Positions 12,197-25,997 of a stretch of DNA of 64,000 nt are shown piece after piece. Position numbers and translations under genes: made by a program. Below the pieces are notes generated by a model that worked only from the letters and a program-made list of their open reading frames with translations, was not told the origin of the DNA and ran no database searches. Position 1 is the first letter of the stretch; every line of letters begins with the position of its first letter. The DNA comes from Botryllus schlosseri (lineage: Eukaryota): assembly GCA_051294905.1 (NCBI GenBank), contig CM119372.1, positions 1,240,001 through 1,304,000 on the forward strand, written 5' to 3'.

Positions 12197-15100
12197 AAGT
12201 TGTTTGGTTACCTAATTGAAGCCTACACATCAAATTTGGTTCAATTCCAACCATTAGCTGCATTGCTACAGGAGAAGAAAGTTTCTATTTATTATATATA
12301 AATTAATAACACAATATTTCTTTGGTTCAATTCCAACCAGTGGAAGCGGAGTTATTGCCGTCGAGAAATCTGAATTATGAATAAAGTAGTATTTACGGTG
12401 ACCAATTTTTTAATTATTTATTATAGTGGTGCCCACTGTAAATACATTTTTATTCAAATCCAAATTTTTCGACAGCAATAACTCCGCTTCCACTGGTTGG
12501 AATTGAACCAAATTTGGTGTGTAGGCTTAAATTAGGTAACCTAACAATTTTATCAAGTAGCGAGTACGACTTGACTCAAAAAGTCATTTTTGAAGACCCC
12601 TAGTGGTCACTGGTCAAAGTCGAGTACTTGGGTGATTTGATTCTGGCTTCAAGTCGAGTAGAATATTTGAGTATCACTCATTAACACCTCACAAAAGTAT
12701 GAATGATGCGGAAAGTTCAAATATGTGACTTTCATGCGACCACAAAGAAAATAATGCCAGTTTTATGTCACATCAGCGATAATTTGGTATCTTTCGACCA
12801 TACCTATTTCGTTGCATTTTATGACAATGCTGTGTCACAACTTCAGAAATATGTCCATTTCACTAACGTGCATAGATTTATGCTGCATTTTTCGCATGCT
12901 GTAATACGAGCGATCGAGGTTTACAGCTTTTCGCTGTGGAAAATAGTACCAAAACTCTAATTCTGATCGTTAAATTAGCTCGTAGTGGCAAGGGGTATAA
13001 AAATTTCATTACTCGAAAAACTTATCTCTTACTTTACTACTAGACTCGAATAAATGCGCCCGTCCTTACTTAGAGTACTTCCTCAAGTGGTTATGTTTCA
13101 GAACTCAAGTTCTACTCAAGTTCTCAGTTTTCTAAGCGAAACTAGGCCTGGAAAAATTACTTTTTTACTCACTTGCTACTTCTACTCTAAACAGTTACAA
13201 TGACACTTCTACTTCTACTTAGTACCAACGATGACTGCTTTGCGCACCTGTGCTAGTTGCTGACGAATACCCCGAAATATTCAGTTACATTTCAATATGA
13301 ATATAGCATTCATTTGTATATCGACTACTAGCAACGACTGTGTCCCGACAATGGAAGACATCGCCAAATTACCCTCTTCCAACCAGCTATCTGCGAGTTC
13401 GACATGAAATTCAAACATCTTCCTGTCAATTATGGCTCTGCGTACAGCAACGTCAATAGGTTATATTCGACGCAATCATTTCATAACGCTCGGCCGCTAC
13501 ATGATTGGCTGCATCCTGTCATGTTCAACATGGTAATGAGGGATTTTTCGAGTTGTAAGTAAAATCAGCCTCTCCACAGCACACTTGGACAAGTAGAGGG
13601 AAATGTAGGTAATCAAATTGTAATCTGCCATGTGATATGCTATTATGCTCTAGTTTTAGTTACAATTCAAATCTAATTTCTTGTTTTCTTGAAAATGCAA
13701 CAGAAGAACTGTATAGTGCAGAACGAGCCAACCTTGGTGTACTAATGTACAGACATTTGCCACTCTTGTGCTTATGTAAATGAGCTTTGATTGAATATGA
13801 ACTGAACTTGAATTTAATTCATTTGCCTAGTTTTCGCCGATTTAGCAATTATAATCTCATTTCCGGTTTCTCTGAAAATACTACAGGGAAACTGGACGGA
13901 ACAAGCCAATCTTGGCGTACAGACATTAGCCGTTATCATGTTTACGAGAGTGAACTGTGATTCGATATGAACTGAACTTCAGATTTATCTTATTTCTTAC
14001 TAATTCTGATTCGAAATCAATTAACAAGTTTTTGCCAATTGAGAAACTCTAACCAAATTTTGAAAAGCTGAAAACTTCCTAAATCATCCAACTGTGCCGG
14101 AGAACGACCGCCTCGCGATGCCTCGCAACATAATATGAACGATTTCAACCTCTGCCAGTCAATATCAAAGGTGTCACAGATGCACGCAGTTTAACGAGCG
14201 ACGCGATATTCCGATTGAACTGTAGGGTAGCGAGTCACGTTTTGCATTTCTCGGCAACAATCCAAATATCTCGCTACAGATCAATAATACGCGCCGTGCC
14301 TTTGGTGCGTCGCGATAAATATTTATCCTGCCGGCCCGCGTCTCGGCAAACAGAGAAGCAACGCGCCAGATTCGCGGCGTAAACTCGGGGCAACGGAAAC
14401 TTGAAATTACTAAACGCGCGCGCGTGGTCCAACCCGTGGTCGTGGCGTATCGGATTTCAACGCAAACTTGCAGCGTACACCAATCAAAACTAAGACTCGA
14501 GTTTCAGCCACGTATCGTCACCATGTCACCAATTTGATGCAGGCTACTATAATAAGAACGGCGGCGGTACTTGCAGGCGTATGGAGTTAGGTATGGATAT
14601 GTGCGGAGTTCTCGGCAAGTTTTACAGCCGAACATCGCCGTGTTTGTAGGCGTGTCGGTGAACGGAGCAGACTTCGACGACGAGATGATTCCGTTCAAAT
14701 TCGTCTATATAGATATCGAAATGCAGGAAATCTAATTTCTGAAATGTTTTTATGGTCTCTGTATAGCGCGAAACGCGACAAGCTCCGCATACAGCAGTGG
14801 TCGGGAACCTTTTTTGTCCGAAGAGCCATATTGGCCCTATTTTGTCCATCTCAACCGCCAAAGAGCCATACATTCCAATCATCTGTTACGTCACAATTGA
14901 ATATTCGCGTCGTCACATTTGCCATTCTCGTGCTTGTCAGAATAAACGCTGATCTGATATGAACTGGGCTTGATTTTTGTCGTATTTGGTTGCAACGCGG
15001 AATTCAAATTTGAAGTTTTTGCGAATTCAGTGATTCTAATCTAACCCGAAAAAGCTGAAACGATAACAATATTTAATCACATCGTTGGCCTAATAATATC

Positions 15101-18100
15101 GGCAGATAGACGCCGTAAAACGCACGGAATCCAAAGTCTGTTACAATTAACTTAGCGTATTGAAGAATTTACGTCGCTCGAAAGAATTGGTGCTTTTCGC
15201 CGTTTCGCACTCCTCTATTTCAGGACTGGCGGCCTTTACTGTGCTGAATTCAGACCTGATCTGTCTCCATATTTGCTTGGTCATTTGAAAAGAAATGTTC
15301 ATTACCGTTGATTTGGGCAAGTGTCAGCGTTCTCCAATTATGATTTCAGATCTGTGCGAGAGAAAACGTTGACCACTGTTTTGACTCGCTCTCACCACTT
15401 TAGAACTAAGATTTACAGAACTAGCAAGAAATATATATCAATTCCCGAACTATCTGTGACTAACGGAACAATAAATACGTTTCGCTTATTGCTTTTTCTA
15501 ATACTGCTTTACCGGATTTTGTAAATAGTCATACCGTATTACATTTGGATGACTGTAAATATAGTTCATGACAGTTATAACGGAGATAAGCAAATTTTAA
15601 AATTTTACAACTGGACCGAGTAGCACTGCTCTGTATGATAACCGCTTGTCACGAGAAATGATCGATTCGGCCCAAACGCGCGATACCCGATCGATCAAAG
15701 TTTCCTGTCGCATCTTACCGCCACGACTGTAAATCGCTCGGATCGCGCACGAAACCAGCGAATAACGACAAGAAGCATTTCCGCCAATATTTTTTTACAG
15801 ATGAGCTTGTGCGCGGGACACGCACGCTGCACGGTAAGCTCTGATCAAGTAATAAACGCGTTTCAATAACAGTTCTCGATTAGGGCTGGGACCAATGGTT
15901 CGAGTTATTATTTATACTAATTCGAGTAGTTGGGGACAGTGTTTTTCGAGTGCTGGAATGATACGCTCCATGCCACTACGAGTAAATTTATAAACGTCAA
16001 TTATAGTTTCGATGCTACTTCCACTTTGGAAGCCTAGAAACCTCGATTGGTCATGCCGCAGCATACGAAACACGGAGTGCAAGCTATGCACGTTAGTGGA
16101 AATGAAATATCTGCGAAGCCGCGATCAACCCACAACACTGTCACAAAGTGCAATGAAATAGGCATGGTCGAAAACATACAAAATAATCTTTAATGCCATG
16201 TAGAACCGACATTATGTTTTTGTGGTCGCATAAAAGGCACATATTTCAACATACCGCATTCATACCGTTACGACATCATCATATTAGTACGTTACCATCC
16301 GCTTTCGCTTTCAAAAACAAAGTGCTGGTGACGTAACCTGAGGAATTTTTAAAAATCGCAAAACCTCCTTTCACGGCAATAAATAAACCGCCGACCAAAC
16401 ACACCGCAAATACCGACCAACGCTTGTCACAGAATCTCTATAAAACTATCGCGCTGCATAGAATTAGGTTGCGTCGGCGATAAAACCCGATTACTGAGTT
16501 CACGATATTGACAAGCCGGGGAGTCACGCTGGTCACGACAAGGGCTGGGCAGAATAGAGTATTAGGCTTCCAGTATAGAAATATAGTATCATTGATAAAC
16601 GACAGTATGGCGAACACGGAAAGCTCGTATATGTACCTTTCAAGCTACCACGGATAATATATACACAATATCAGTGCCAATTCTACATCAATCACTTTGC
16701 CTGGCCGTTGCTAGCTATCTATCTGTCACGGCCCGAAACAGCTAGTACTGAATCAAGTTAGTCTAGTAGGCTACGTCTTGGCGCCGTGAATACTCTGTAA
16801 TGATATCTACCACGTTTTTCATTTCTTATACACAAAGTTAACAGTATGACAGCTTCCGGGCGGCCCAGAGAATCTTCATCGCCGCCATGGAGACGCGCTC
16901 CGCTGTCACGGGTTAAAAAAGCTAATTGTAGATAACTCGGGCGGCACGATAATTACAAAATTCATGTTATTCATACCACATCTTCATCTAATAAGGCAAG
17001 GCTTAGCGATAATTGCACGGATCGGCCACGAAACGCGCGCACTTCAATGGGACGCGGTACGCTACAATTACGGAGTCGGGAGTCAATAACTTGACAATTG
17101 GTGACGTAGTGGGGAGATGCAATTGGTATGAATAGAAAATTATGTCGCGCTACTGTATAAATTACATATTTTTCATCCTACATAATGACAAATTGGGTAA
17201 GTTCAAATGTGTATTTTGTATTTTTTCGAACATGCCTATTTCCTCGCACTTTGTGACAATGCTGCTTCACAGACATCTCATCTCCACTAATGTGCGCAGC
17301 TTTGCACTGCGCGTTTCGTATGCTGCCATAGACCCATGGACGTTTCAAAGCTTCCACAGCGAAAAACAATATCGAAAGTACAATTTTCGTTGATAAATTA
17401 ACAATTAGTGGTGAGGAGCGTGTCATTTCGGCACCCTCTCACTACCTCCTCGTATAATTACTACCCGGCCGAAATTACGATACAGACTTCAGAACAAAAC
17501 GCGCGCTACAAAACATATCCCAGTTTTCGCAATCGACAATCGCGAGCATTGATTTCGTCGTTCCACAGACATCTGTTCGAGAGACTTGACAGGTAAAATA
17601 CGCGACTGACTCGTGTTTGTTGCGTCACAATCGTTAATCAAGCGGTTTGCAACCGATTATTATCATCCCGCTATCGCAGTAATCGATCCTTATCGGGCTA
17701 TCAGACAGAGCCGAATCTATACGCGTCACTTATTATCTACGACTACCAGACTTGGGACAATTAGATAATTGTAGTTGTCTGATTAAACTAATTGGAGCGC
17801 AACGCCGGAGATCCGATTCTAATCTGAATTTGTGAAATGCTTCTATACTCCCATTTTAATTTTAATCTAATTTCGGCTTTTCCTGAAAACACGAGTCTTG
17901 TGCAACTTGTAAACCGGAAAATGTCGATTTGCACGAATGCAGAACAATTATCGCAAAGAATGCGCAAGTGCATCGCGCGTAGCGAGCGTTGCTTAGCAGT
18001 TACAAAGTACCGATTACACGGAAATTGCGTTTCGTGTGCGTACGAACGGTTGACGCCGATAACAGAGACAAAGACAACGCCGATGATCGGACATGGAGGG

Positions 18101-18249
18101 ATTATTGTATCGATTACGATTGCACGGAAAAGTAACCACGACCACGGACGATTAGTTGTTTGTGGTATTCGTGGTGTTTGACGACTGCAACGGTCGTTAC
18201 ACCAGGCCGATACGCGGTATTCCTTAATTTTGATTCCGTGACTGCTGAC

Positions 18250-18414
18250 ATGTAGCACGGCCCACTTCTAGGCTTTTTCAAGATGACATGGCGAGGAGGA
18301 GCCTAGATAAACCCCCGACACTAGGGCAGGAATTCTGGAGTCAACCTCGGTCGGACTCGAACCCAAAACCCATTGGTGTTGAAGCCGTGAATTATACCGC
18401 TACGCTATCTCGCG
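18250..18414 (-). mobile_element. tRNA-derived SINE head
   Basis: Pol III A box TAGCGTAGCGG (18397-18407) and B box GGTTCGAGTCC (18353-18363) on the minus strand with tRNA-like spacing. No closable cloverleaf; 3' boundary approximate. Confidence 0.6.
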
Positions 18415-21400
18415 ACAATCACTGACGATTACATTTTTATTGATCCTTGAAATTGAACCAAAGACATACACAACTGTGTTCTGATGACAACACCGCACAA
18501 AACTGCGACTATTTTAAATACGCATCCCACTTCCAAGCGTTTTATCGAAAGATTCCACGTTTCGACATGTCAAATTCGCTTAACCTTACTCCCGTCTCAA
18601 CTTGCTACAAACCGACAATAATTCGGACGCGATCACAAAGACTGCAATCGCCGGAGATTGGAACAATTAAAACGAATAATTTACGGGAAATCGCACGGCA
18701 TCGTGAAATTACGAAATTCTTCGCTCGAATTACAGATACAAAATTGGCCGAATAAAAATAAAGAGAATGGCTTAGATAGCGAGAAAACGACGGCGATAAT
18801 GACTTTATCATTTCTGGACCCAGACTATTTCGCAGTGCTTTGTGATGATTGCGAGGGCGAGATGGCCGATCAATGCTTCGCAGAAATGTCGCTCAATTAA
18901 TATTCGAAGCCTTGCCTTGAAACTATATAGTGAGTGCCCCAATCATCACCACTGGAAGCGACAAGAGAAGACCAACTCACGAAACTGACATTCATAAGTC
19001 ACTTAACGCTGCTAAACATTATCCTACCTCAATCCCGAGGCACACAAATAATAAGCCAGTTCTCGACATGTTATTGCGACCAACAAAAAAAGACAAAAGT
19101 CACAAAACTGACGCTTCAAAAGTCGCGTAACGCAGTTAAAGTTACAGAAATAATAAGAACTTCTCAACGTGTAATTACGACAAATGAAAAAAAACACTCG
19201 CCAAATTATAGCCGTCACTTACCACGGTCGACGGGCTCTACGAAATTAACGCAACTTTTTGCTCTTCACATCCGATCAAGACATCTGCGCCCGTGCGATC
19301 ATGCATGAACCGTAACCTATTTCTGAGGCGCACCTGCGAATGTACCCTCAGCGCGTACCATACCGAAAGCTAACGGGGTAAAAGTCCGATTGCTCTGGCG
19401 AGAGTTAGTAAGGGTTAACATAATTTGTATCTCGGGAACTTGTCGTTATTGAAGTATCGCGACAACTAAAATATGCTTTGCTGCTAAGAAACCTTTACCG
19501 GCGCAAATTGAAGAAGTCTTTGTTAATCGTCAAGGGCCCGTTAAGATTATTAATCGTTTCATGTCCGTCGATATGTGGAATGCGCGTTGCCGGGACTATT
19601 CCTGCCGAAGAAACTCACGGAGGTACAAAACTATTGAAAACTATATTATTATTGATATAAACCCGGGTATTTTCGGTTGACACTCGTCAGGGGCAATCGC
19701 CAGCAACTATAGCGGAGAATATGAATACGTAAACATGAATATATTATTCAAATGTATCCTATCCCGTGTTCACACAGTAAATCTGTCACCATCGCTTGCG
19801 CGCGGTCAGGTTTAGACCCCGCCGATATCGGATTTTCAGCCGATACCGATAAAACCGATATATCCGGCAGATATTCAAAAGACATGGCCTCTAGCCAAAG
19901 GCACATTAACAATGAAGTGTTTCTATTCTCTCGGTTCAATTCCAATCTAATTTCCGGTTTCCTACAAATGCTACAACTCCGATTTGACATGAACTGTACT
20001 TGATATCTGTTGTATGTCTTGCTAATTCGAAATTTCCAATCTTTTGCGAAGTCAGTAATTTAATTCTAATCGAAGTTTAAAAGTCCGACGTCGCCTAACG
20101 CACAAGTAATCCGAATAAACGCCGGAACAGCCAAATTCGCGAGAAACGCGCCCACGCTTTCCACAAGGCTGGACGTCAATAGGACGCAATTGAAACGGAA
20201 CACGGTCACGACACAGCGAGCCGCCAACTTATCTGAATGAAAAATTAGCGTTCCGCGCGCCCGCAAAAATGCAGCAGGTACGGCGTGCTCGGTCAATTTC
20301 GTTCGAACGAGTCGGTGAATATTCTGTCGTAAACTGTAGTCCGTACGACAGTCTGATATTGTCCTTTTATTGCGCGGATTCGTCATAAAAGACGTGGTAA
20401 ATGACGGTTTACGATTCGATAATAATACGAAGTAACACAGGGTTGAGCGTACAAGCGAAATCACTTGCAGCCTGCTGTTACTTTACAAACAAGGAGTAAT
20501 AATTAGGGTCGGGTACTAAAATTAGACGCTCCTTGCCATCGAGAGCTTATTTATCAACGGGAATTATAATTTTCATACTATTCTCCACTATGGAAGGCTG
20601 TAAACCTCGATTCGTCCATCGCAGCATACCATATCATTATCAAATATCTGCACAGTAAGCTTGTCTCGTTTCGCAATACAGCTCTCCTGCGGTATTTTCA
20701 GAAAAACCAGAAATTAGATCAAAATTGAAATGGCAGCATACAAGCATTTCACAAATTAGATTGCTGATATTTCCCGCTAATTAATCTAATTAGTAAACTG
20801 GAATTATGGAGTTTTCGAAGTCTGCCGGCGCGCAATTGAATGTCCATCGGCATTCGCCTATCGCATCTTATTGAGTCCGCGCTTACTGTCTGCTCGAAAA
20901 ACGGCCCTTTTCACCATCCTTGCCTATACCACAACTGGTGTCGCGGTTCGTATTTATCACAGTACTATTAAACTACAAGTTCCCTATCAAAATATTATGG
21001 TAGGAGCCATCTCTTTTCAGAATCGACATGAACTGTCTAAAGACATGCTCAGAAGTGCGCGGGTCTCCGCGAACCGTATGTTGAAACAGCACTGGCGAGA
21101 TGATTGAGAGATGAAAAATGTTGGGCGCGTTCAGCGAGGGGCACACGGGCCGGATTGAATGCTTCGTAGGTACTGGACTTATCTCATTTCCAGGTTTTCG
21201 TGTATTCATTAATTCTGATTATATAATCTAATTTGGAAAAGAAGCAACTGCAGCTATAATTTCAATTCTTAGATACCTAATTATAATCTTCTACTGATTT
21301 GTAAAAACCAACAATTTCACAGACTAGAATTGGATTACCCGCATTCCGCTTCAATCAGTCTAATTAGCCTACTAGAACTACCTAGTTTTCCTAGTCTTCT

Positions 21401-23522
21401 CCAGCGATATAGACCAAGACGATTTAATGACACCTGAAATCGCACTTTTAAAGCAGCGCGAATGTTGTGACAAAATGATAACGTCTAAAAATCGTCAAAA
21501 ACAAAGCGAGCAACGTGAGGAGAACAGCTACAGTCAAGTTCCAGAGGCCAGATGATTCACTAGTTTCAGTATTTGCCGTCTTCGGGCCAGCTCTACTCAA
21601 GGTCAATTTGCACAACTTCAGAAGACTAGAACCAGATTAGAACTATAGTTACGCGTTTTTTTTTTCAATTAGGATTGGAATTTGCAAAAAGTTGGAAATT
21701 GAATGAACTTCGGAAATAGAAAGAAACATCAAATATCAAGATCCGTCCATATCAAACCATCCTCGATTCTCACGAGCACGAGAATGGTAAATGTCGCTAC
21801 ACCAAACTTGGCTCGTTTCGCACGACACAGATCTCCTGTAGCAGTGCCCGGAAAACCAGAAACAGATAAAATTTAAAAAAGAGCGCACAGAAACGTCTCA
21901 CAATAAAACTACATAACATCATAACAGTTTGCCAAACAATCTGGCTACTGGCTGATTTCCACCTGAACTCTCGTAACGAAAACGCAATTTCTTGTCTCGA
22001 TATTTGAAGTCTAATTGATCGTAGTCCTAGCAAACTATACTCGACCAGGAAGATACCATCACAATGTGATATTATATCATCGACGCTTTATAAACAAGAA
22101 GGCGTTACATCAAAACGGAATCACTTAGGATTGAATAGAACTAGGAGAATGTGGATAATGTTACACTGTACAAGAAGAACTCATTTTGTTTGCGCGCCGG
22201 CGCGGTAAGTTTGATACATTTGCTATAGAAAGTTGCTGGGTGATTATGGTGGTACGGACAGGACATGAACTCGCAGTCTCCATAATCAAGAGGCTAGCTG
22301 GAGACTTGCACAACAATAATTCTAATCTAATTTGTCAATTCTTTATTTGCTTCAATTCTAATTCTAATCTAATTTCTGGCTTTCTGAAAATGCTACAGGA
22401 GAGAACTGCATAGTACGAAACGAGCCATGCCTGCTGCACTAACATTTCGTCATTCTCTTGATTATAACAATGAACTCTGATTTGATATGAACTAGCTTCA
22501 CTCAATTTCCAAGCTTTCGCAAATTCAGTTATTCTAATTTTATTTGAAAAAAACGAACTGTATAGTTATAACTTCAATTCTCACCAAATTTGGTAAAGCT
22601 GGAGTTTTTCTAGTTCTGCAAATCTGGCTGACTGTTTTGGCGTGTTTGTTTGTCGTAGAAAATTTTTCGAGCCATTATATTTATAAGTCTCAAATGCACT
22701 GTAAAAATCTCATTTGTCAACAAGAAATGTATCTCGGTAAACACAAGGCATCATCCGTGTAAAACTTGTCAGTCATAATCAGCACAGCAAAATATTATCA
22801 AATATTTTTCCAGATCTGTGGAAAACCTTACAAATTCGATTATCAGCGATGAGCTTTAGACGCGACAAGCCACACAATATCTCAAAACCTATTACAATCC
22901 ATTTATGTTTCAAGTCTGAAAACCTGGTCAAAGAGACATGCAATTTAGCATAGTTAAGCAGATATCCTAGATGAATCCTGCTCAAGCCTTGACACACTCC
23001 AGGAAAACATGGAAATACCCAGTAGTCCATTACATTTCGGACTAGCTTTATTAGGTCTAACATTGTGAGCCAGTATGGTATCTATTTCATAGATGACATC
23101 AACTGCCATTGAGCCTGCGCTATCACTTGACTAGAGTCGGAACACTGGACTATGTGGACAAAAGACCTCACACTTGAAAACATGTAACGGATTATACGTA
23201 TTCCCTAGCAAGGAAAATATTCCACTGTTTGTAAACCAATTCAGGTGTCAACAGAATGCTTTAAAGGGTAATATTTATTTTAAGCTTGACCAAACATCTT
23301 TGCTTATTCATATCCAACAGTAGCGAAAGAATATTCGGAGATACAATACTTCGAATCACAGCCAGACAAGGGCAACCAGCTAGTCTGCCGCCGACATATT
23401 TCAGCTGAACAAAACCAACAGGTCCATTCAATCACAATACCAAATACTGCTTCAAGGATCAGTTTGTCACATACAGGCGTCCAAATGACAGCATCCATAA
23501 TACCTGCCTTTCACAACATCAT

Positions 23523-23911
23523 CAGACTTGGATTCTACTGGACTCCAATGAGACTAATTACAGCGAATACGCACAATCAATTCAAATCCAATCTGTGAAA
23601 TATATATGCTCTAATTTTAATTCTTATCTAATTTCTCATTTCAGGAAAACAGCATATCATGAAACAAGCCAAGCTTGCTGTACAGACATTTGCCATTTTC
23701 ATTCTTATGAGAATTAATTCTGATTTGATATGTACTAAACTTGATTCAATTTCCAAGTTTGCGCAAATTCAGTAATTTTAATGTTATTTGGAAAAACAAG
23801 TATAAAAATAATTCAAATTCTAATCTAGATTGGAAAACACTGTGTAGCCACAATTCGAATTAGTGATTACAGTCTACTTCTAATCTAATTTGGAATAGTT
23901 GTCCAAGTCTC
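23523..23911. mobile_element. Family B MITE (TTCTAATCTAATTT-rich), representative copy
   Basis: TIR AGACTTGGA...TCCAAGTCT; flanks AACATCAT/AATATCAT (7 of 8). Related copies or fragments near 6575-7060, 13585-14090, 14890-15060, 17750-17900, 19890-20075, 21625-21890, 22300-22625, 34190-34455, 34705-35010, 38800-39070, 49740-50395, 53370-53560, 55440-55845, 56265-56580 and 57015-57370. Confidence 0.8.
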
Positions 23912-24458
23912 AATATCATTACTTACACGACACTCCAATGTAGCGTAAACTCTAACCTACAGAAGGTACATCATGAACTCCAATATTCCATACAGACAAA
24001 ACAATCAAGCCATATGCAACAGTGACATTTCACCTCCAGTTACGTGATGTATGAGTTTTGTCTTTATTCAAACAACAGCAACTACAACAGTCTGACATTG
24101 CGGTGTGAAAATGACATAAAATTTTCAGTACAACAGTAAATATTTACAACACAAAACTCTGCTTAACTACAAATCGCATCAACAGCCAGAAAAACAAAGG
24201 TTTTTGCACCATCTGTTACATTGAGCTCTCACTGAACATAAGATATCTTCACTTCATTGAAGAAGTCCAACATTCTTAACAAATGAATATTTAGTTTGAC
24301 AAGAATTGTATGAGTGGGCTGAGCTTTCAAGCACTCATGCCAGTAATCTCAGCCTTCAGCCATTGGAATTCCACTTTTAGTAATTAACGGCTATGTCAAG
24401 TATGACACAGCTTTTACATTGCAACTCGTAAAAAGTTCACTCATCTCCTGACGGTGAG

Positions 24459-24516
24459 AGTATGTTCTGAAGAGGTTGAACGTATCTAGTATGTTCTGAA
24501 GAGGTTGAACGTATCT
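24459..24516. repeat. Perfect 29-bp tandem duplication
   Basis: AGTATGTTCTGAAGAGGTTGAACGTATCT twice. Confidence 0.9.
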
Positions 24517-24624
24517 CACAAATCGCGTCCGTATCAGTCAACAAATTAAAGTGGCAGAAAGAACTGCGTCAAGAATCTTTTTCTGTTGGCTGTTTGAATA
24601 GCCGAGCAGCACTCAAGTGATCAA

Positions 24625-25127
24625 TAGGGCAAGTTTTTGCAACTATTGCAATTTTTTTTTACAGCTTCCTGCAGCATCCCAAATACTTGGAAGTTACATA
24701 GAATGCTGTTGTAAGCTGTTTGAAGGAATCTTATAGTGAAACTTCTGTCCATTTTTTCATGCAACTTTTCGATTTTTCATGCAATCAACTTTTTACTGGA
24801 AATATTCGGCAGTATAAATAGATCGTTTGATTATGTCAGTGTTTTATGAGACTTAAGGTGAAATAAACGGCCAAATTCGACTGAAATATCGTAAATCAGC
24901 ACTGAAGTAACGCTCTAACGGTTATTTCGGCAGCTGAGCCGGAAAGTTTACCTTTTTCTTCATGTCAACGAATGGAGAATGTGGATGGAAAACTGTATTT
25001 CGGGAGCGGAACTGGGAAGTTGACACTTGTGCAACTTTTGCGAAAAAATAAATGCGACTTTTTCTGCGACTTTTGTGAAAAATAAATGCAACTTTCTACG
25101 GATTTAACTGCAACAAAACTTGCCCTA
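24625..25127. mobile_element. hAT-like MITE, 503 bp
   Basis: TIR TAGGGCAAGTTTT...AAAACTTGCCCTA; perfect 8-bp TSD GTGATCAA (24617-24624, 25128-25135); internal TGC(A/G)ACTTTT repeats. Confidence 0.9.
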
Positions 25128-25957
25128 GTGATCAATATTGTTATGAGATATCCTGTAGTTAATTATGACAAGTAACAGCAGAGCAACATAGAGGTCGCAA
25201 TGCGAAATGACAAGGCATTCATAGGATATGTGAATGATATTTTCATGATGCTAGGATATGCAATGAAATGATTTGAAAAAATAGCTCCCAAACGCAGTAC
25301 AAAATAATTTCCATGCTGTAGTTCAGGGTTGTAACCAAATCCCAAGGTTCCGAGTCACAAGTCATTCTCACTTTTGTAGTGTTGACTCGAGTCCAAGTTC
25401 AAGTAATCATGTTCACTGTTCAGTTTTCAGTTCAATTCGGTTCAACCCGCTTTTTACAACTCCGCTTGTGTGATATAGAATGACTCGAATTCATAATATA
25501 GCATCTTTGCTCAGTCTTAACAGTTTCTGGTCCTATTTATCAGGACTGACAGACAAAATACCAATAATGTGGTGACTTTACTATTCTTCGAAGTTACAAT
25601 TAAATGTCTGTCTTGGTCGTCCTAGTCTCGAGTCATATGACTTGGTTCAAGTCGAGTACAAGTCGAGTCAATACAAAAATTGACTCGAGTCGAGTCACCA
25701 TCATCGAGTCATCAGTTAGTGTCAGATTTTCAAAAGTAGTTAGTTTGCACAAGCTTGAAAATCCAGTAGCAGTTACTAGCTACAAATACATGCTATAAAA
25801 CATCATAAATAATAATTTTGTTCACTCAATGCCATTGCACATGTGATCGCTGATCACTACGTAATGCTGTTATGCTGCCGCAGCACCGCCAGCATCTTAT
25901 GATCCGGCGAAGGCAGAAAAAAGAGAAACGTATTTGTAAAATACCAAGAAATCTCAC

Positions 25958-25997
25958 CTTGTTTCCATTGGGTCCACCCGAGTCCATGACTCTCATT
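25958..25997 (-). CDS. PTBP1: Candidate distal N-terminal exon of PTB (MRVMDSGGPNGNK)
   Basis: tgcttgttttcag|AATGAGAGTCATGGACTCGGGTGGACCCAATGGAAACAAG|gtgaga: good acceptor and donor, phase-0 end in K, compatible with the RNSDD exon. Confidence 0.6.

Noticed and set aside
16881..16916. Perfect Kozak GCCGCCATGG on the plus strand
   Set aside because: Opens only a 9-codon frame with no supporting exon structure.
18340..18414. Functional tRNA gene
   Set aside because: A and B boxes are present, but I could not pair the acceptor and anticodon stems; treated as a SINE head.
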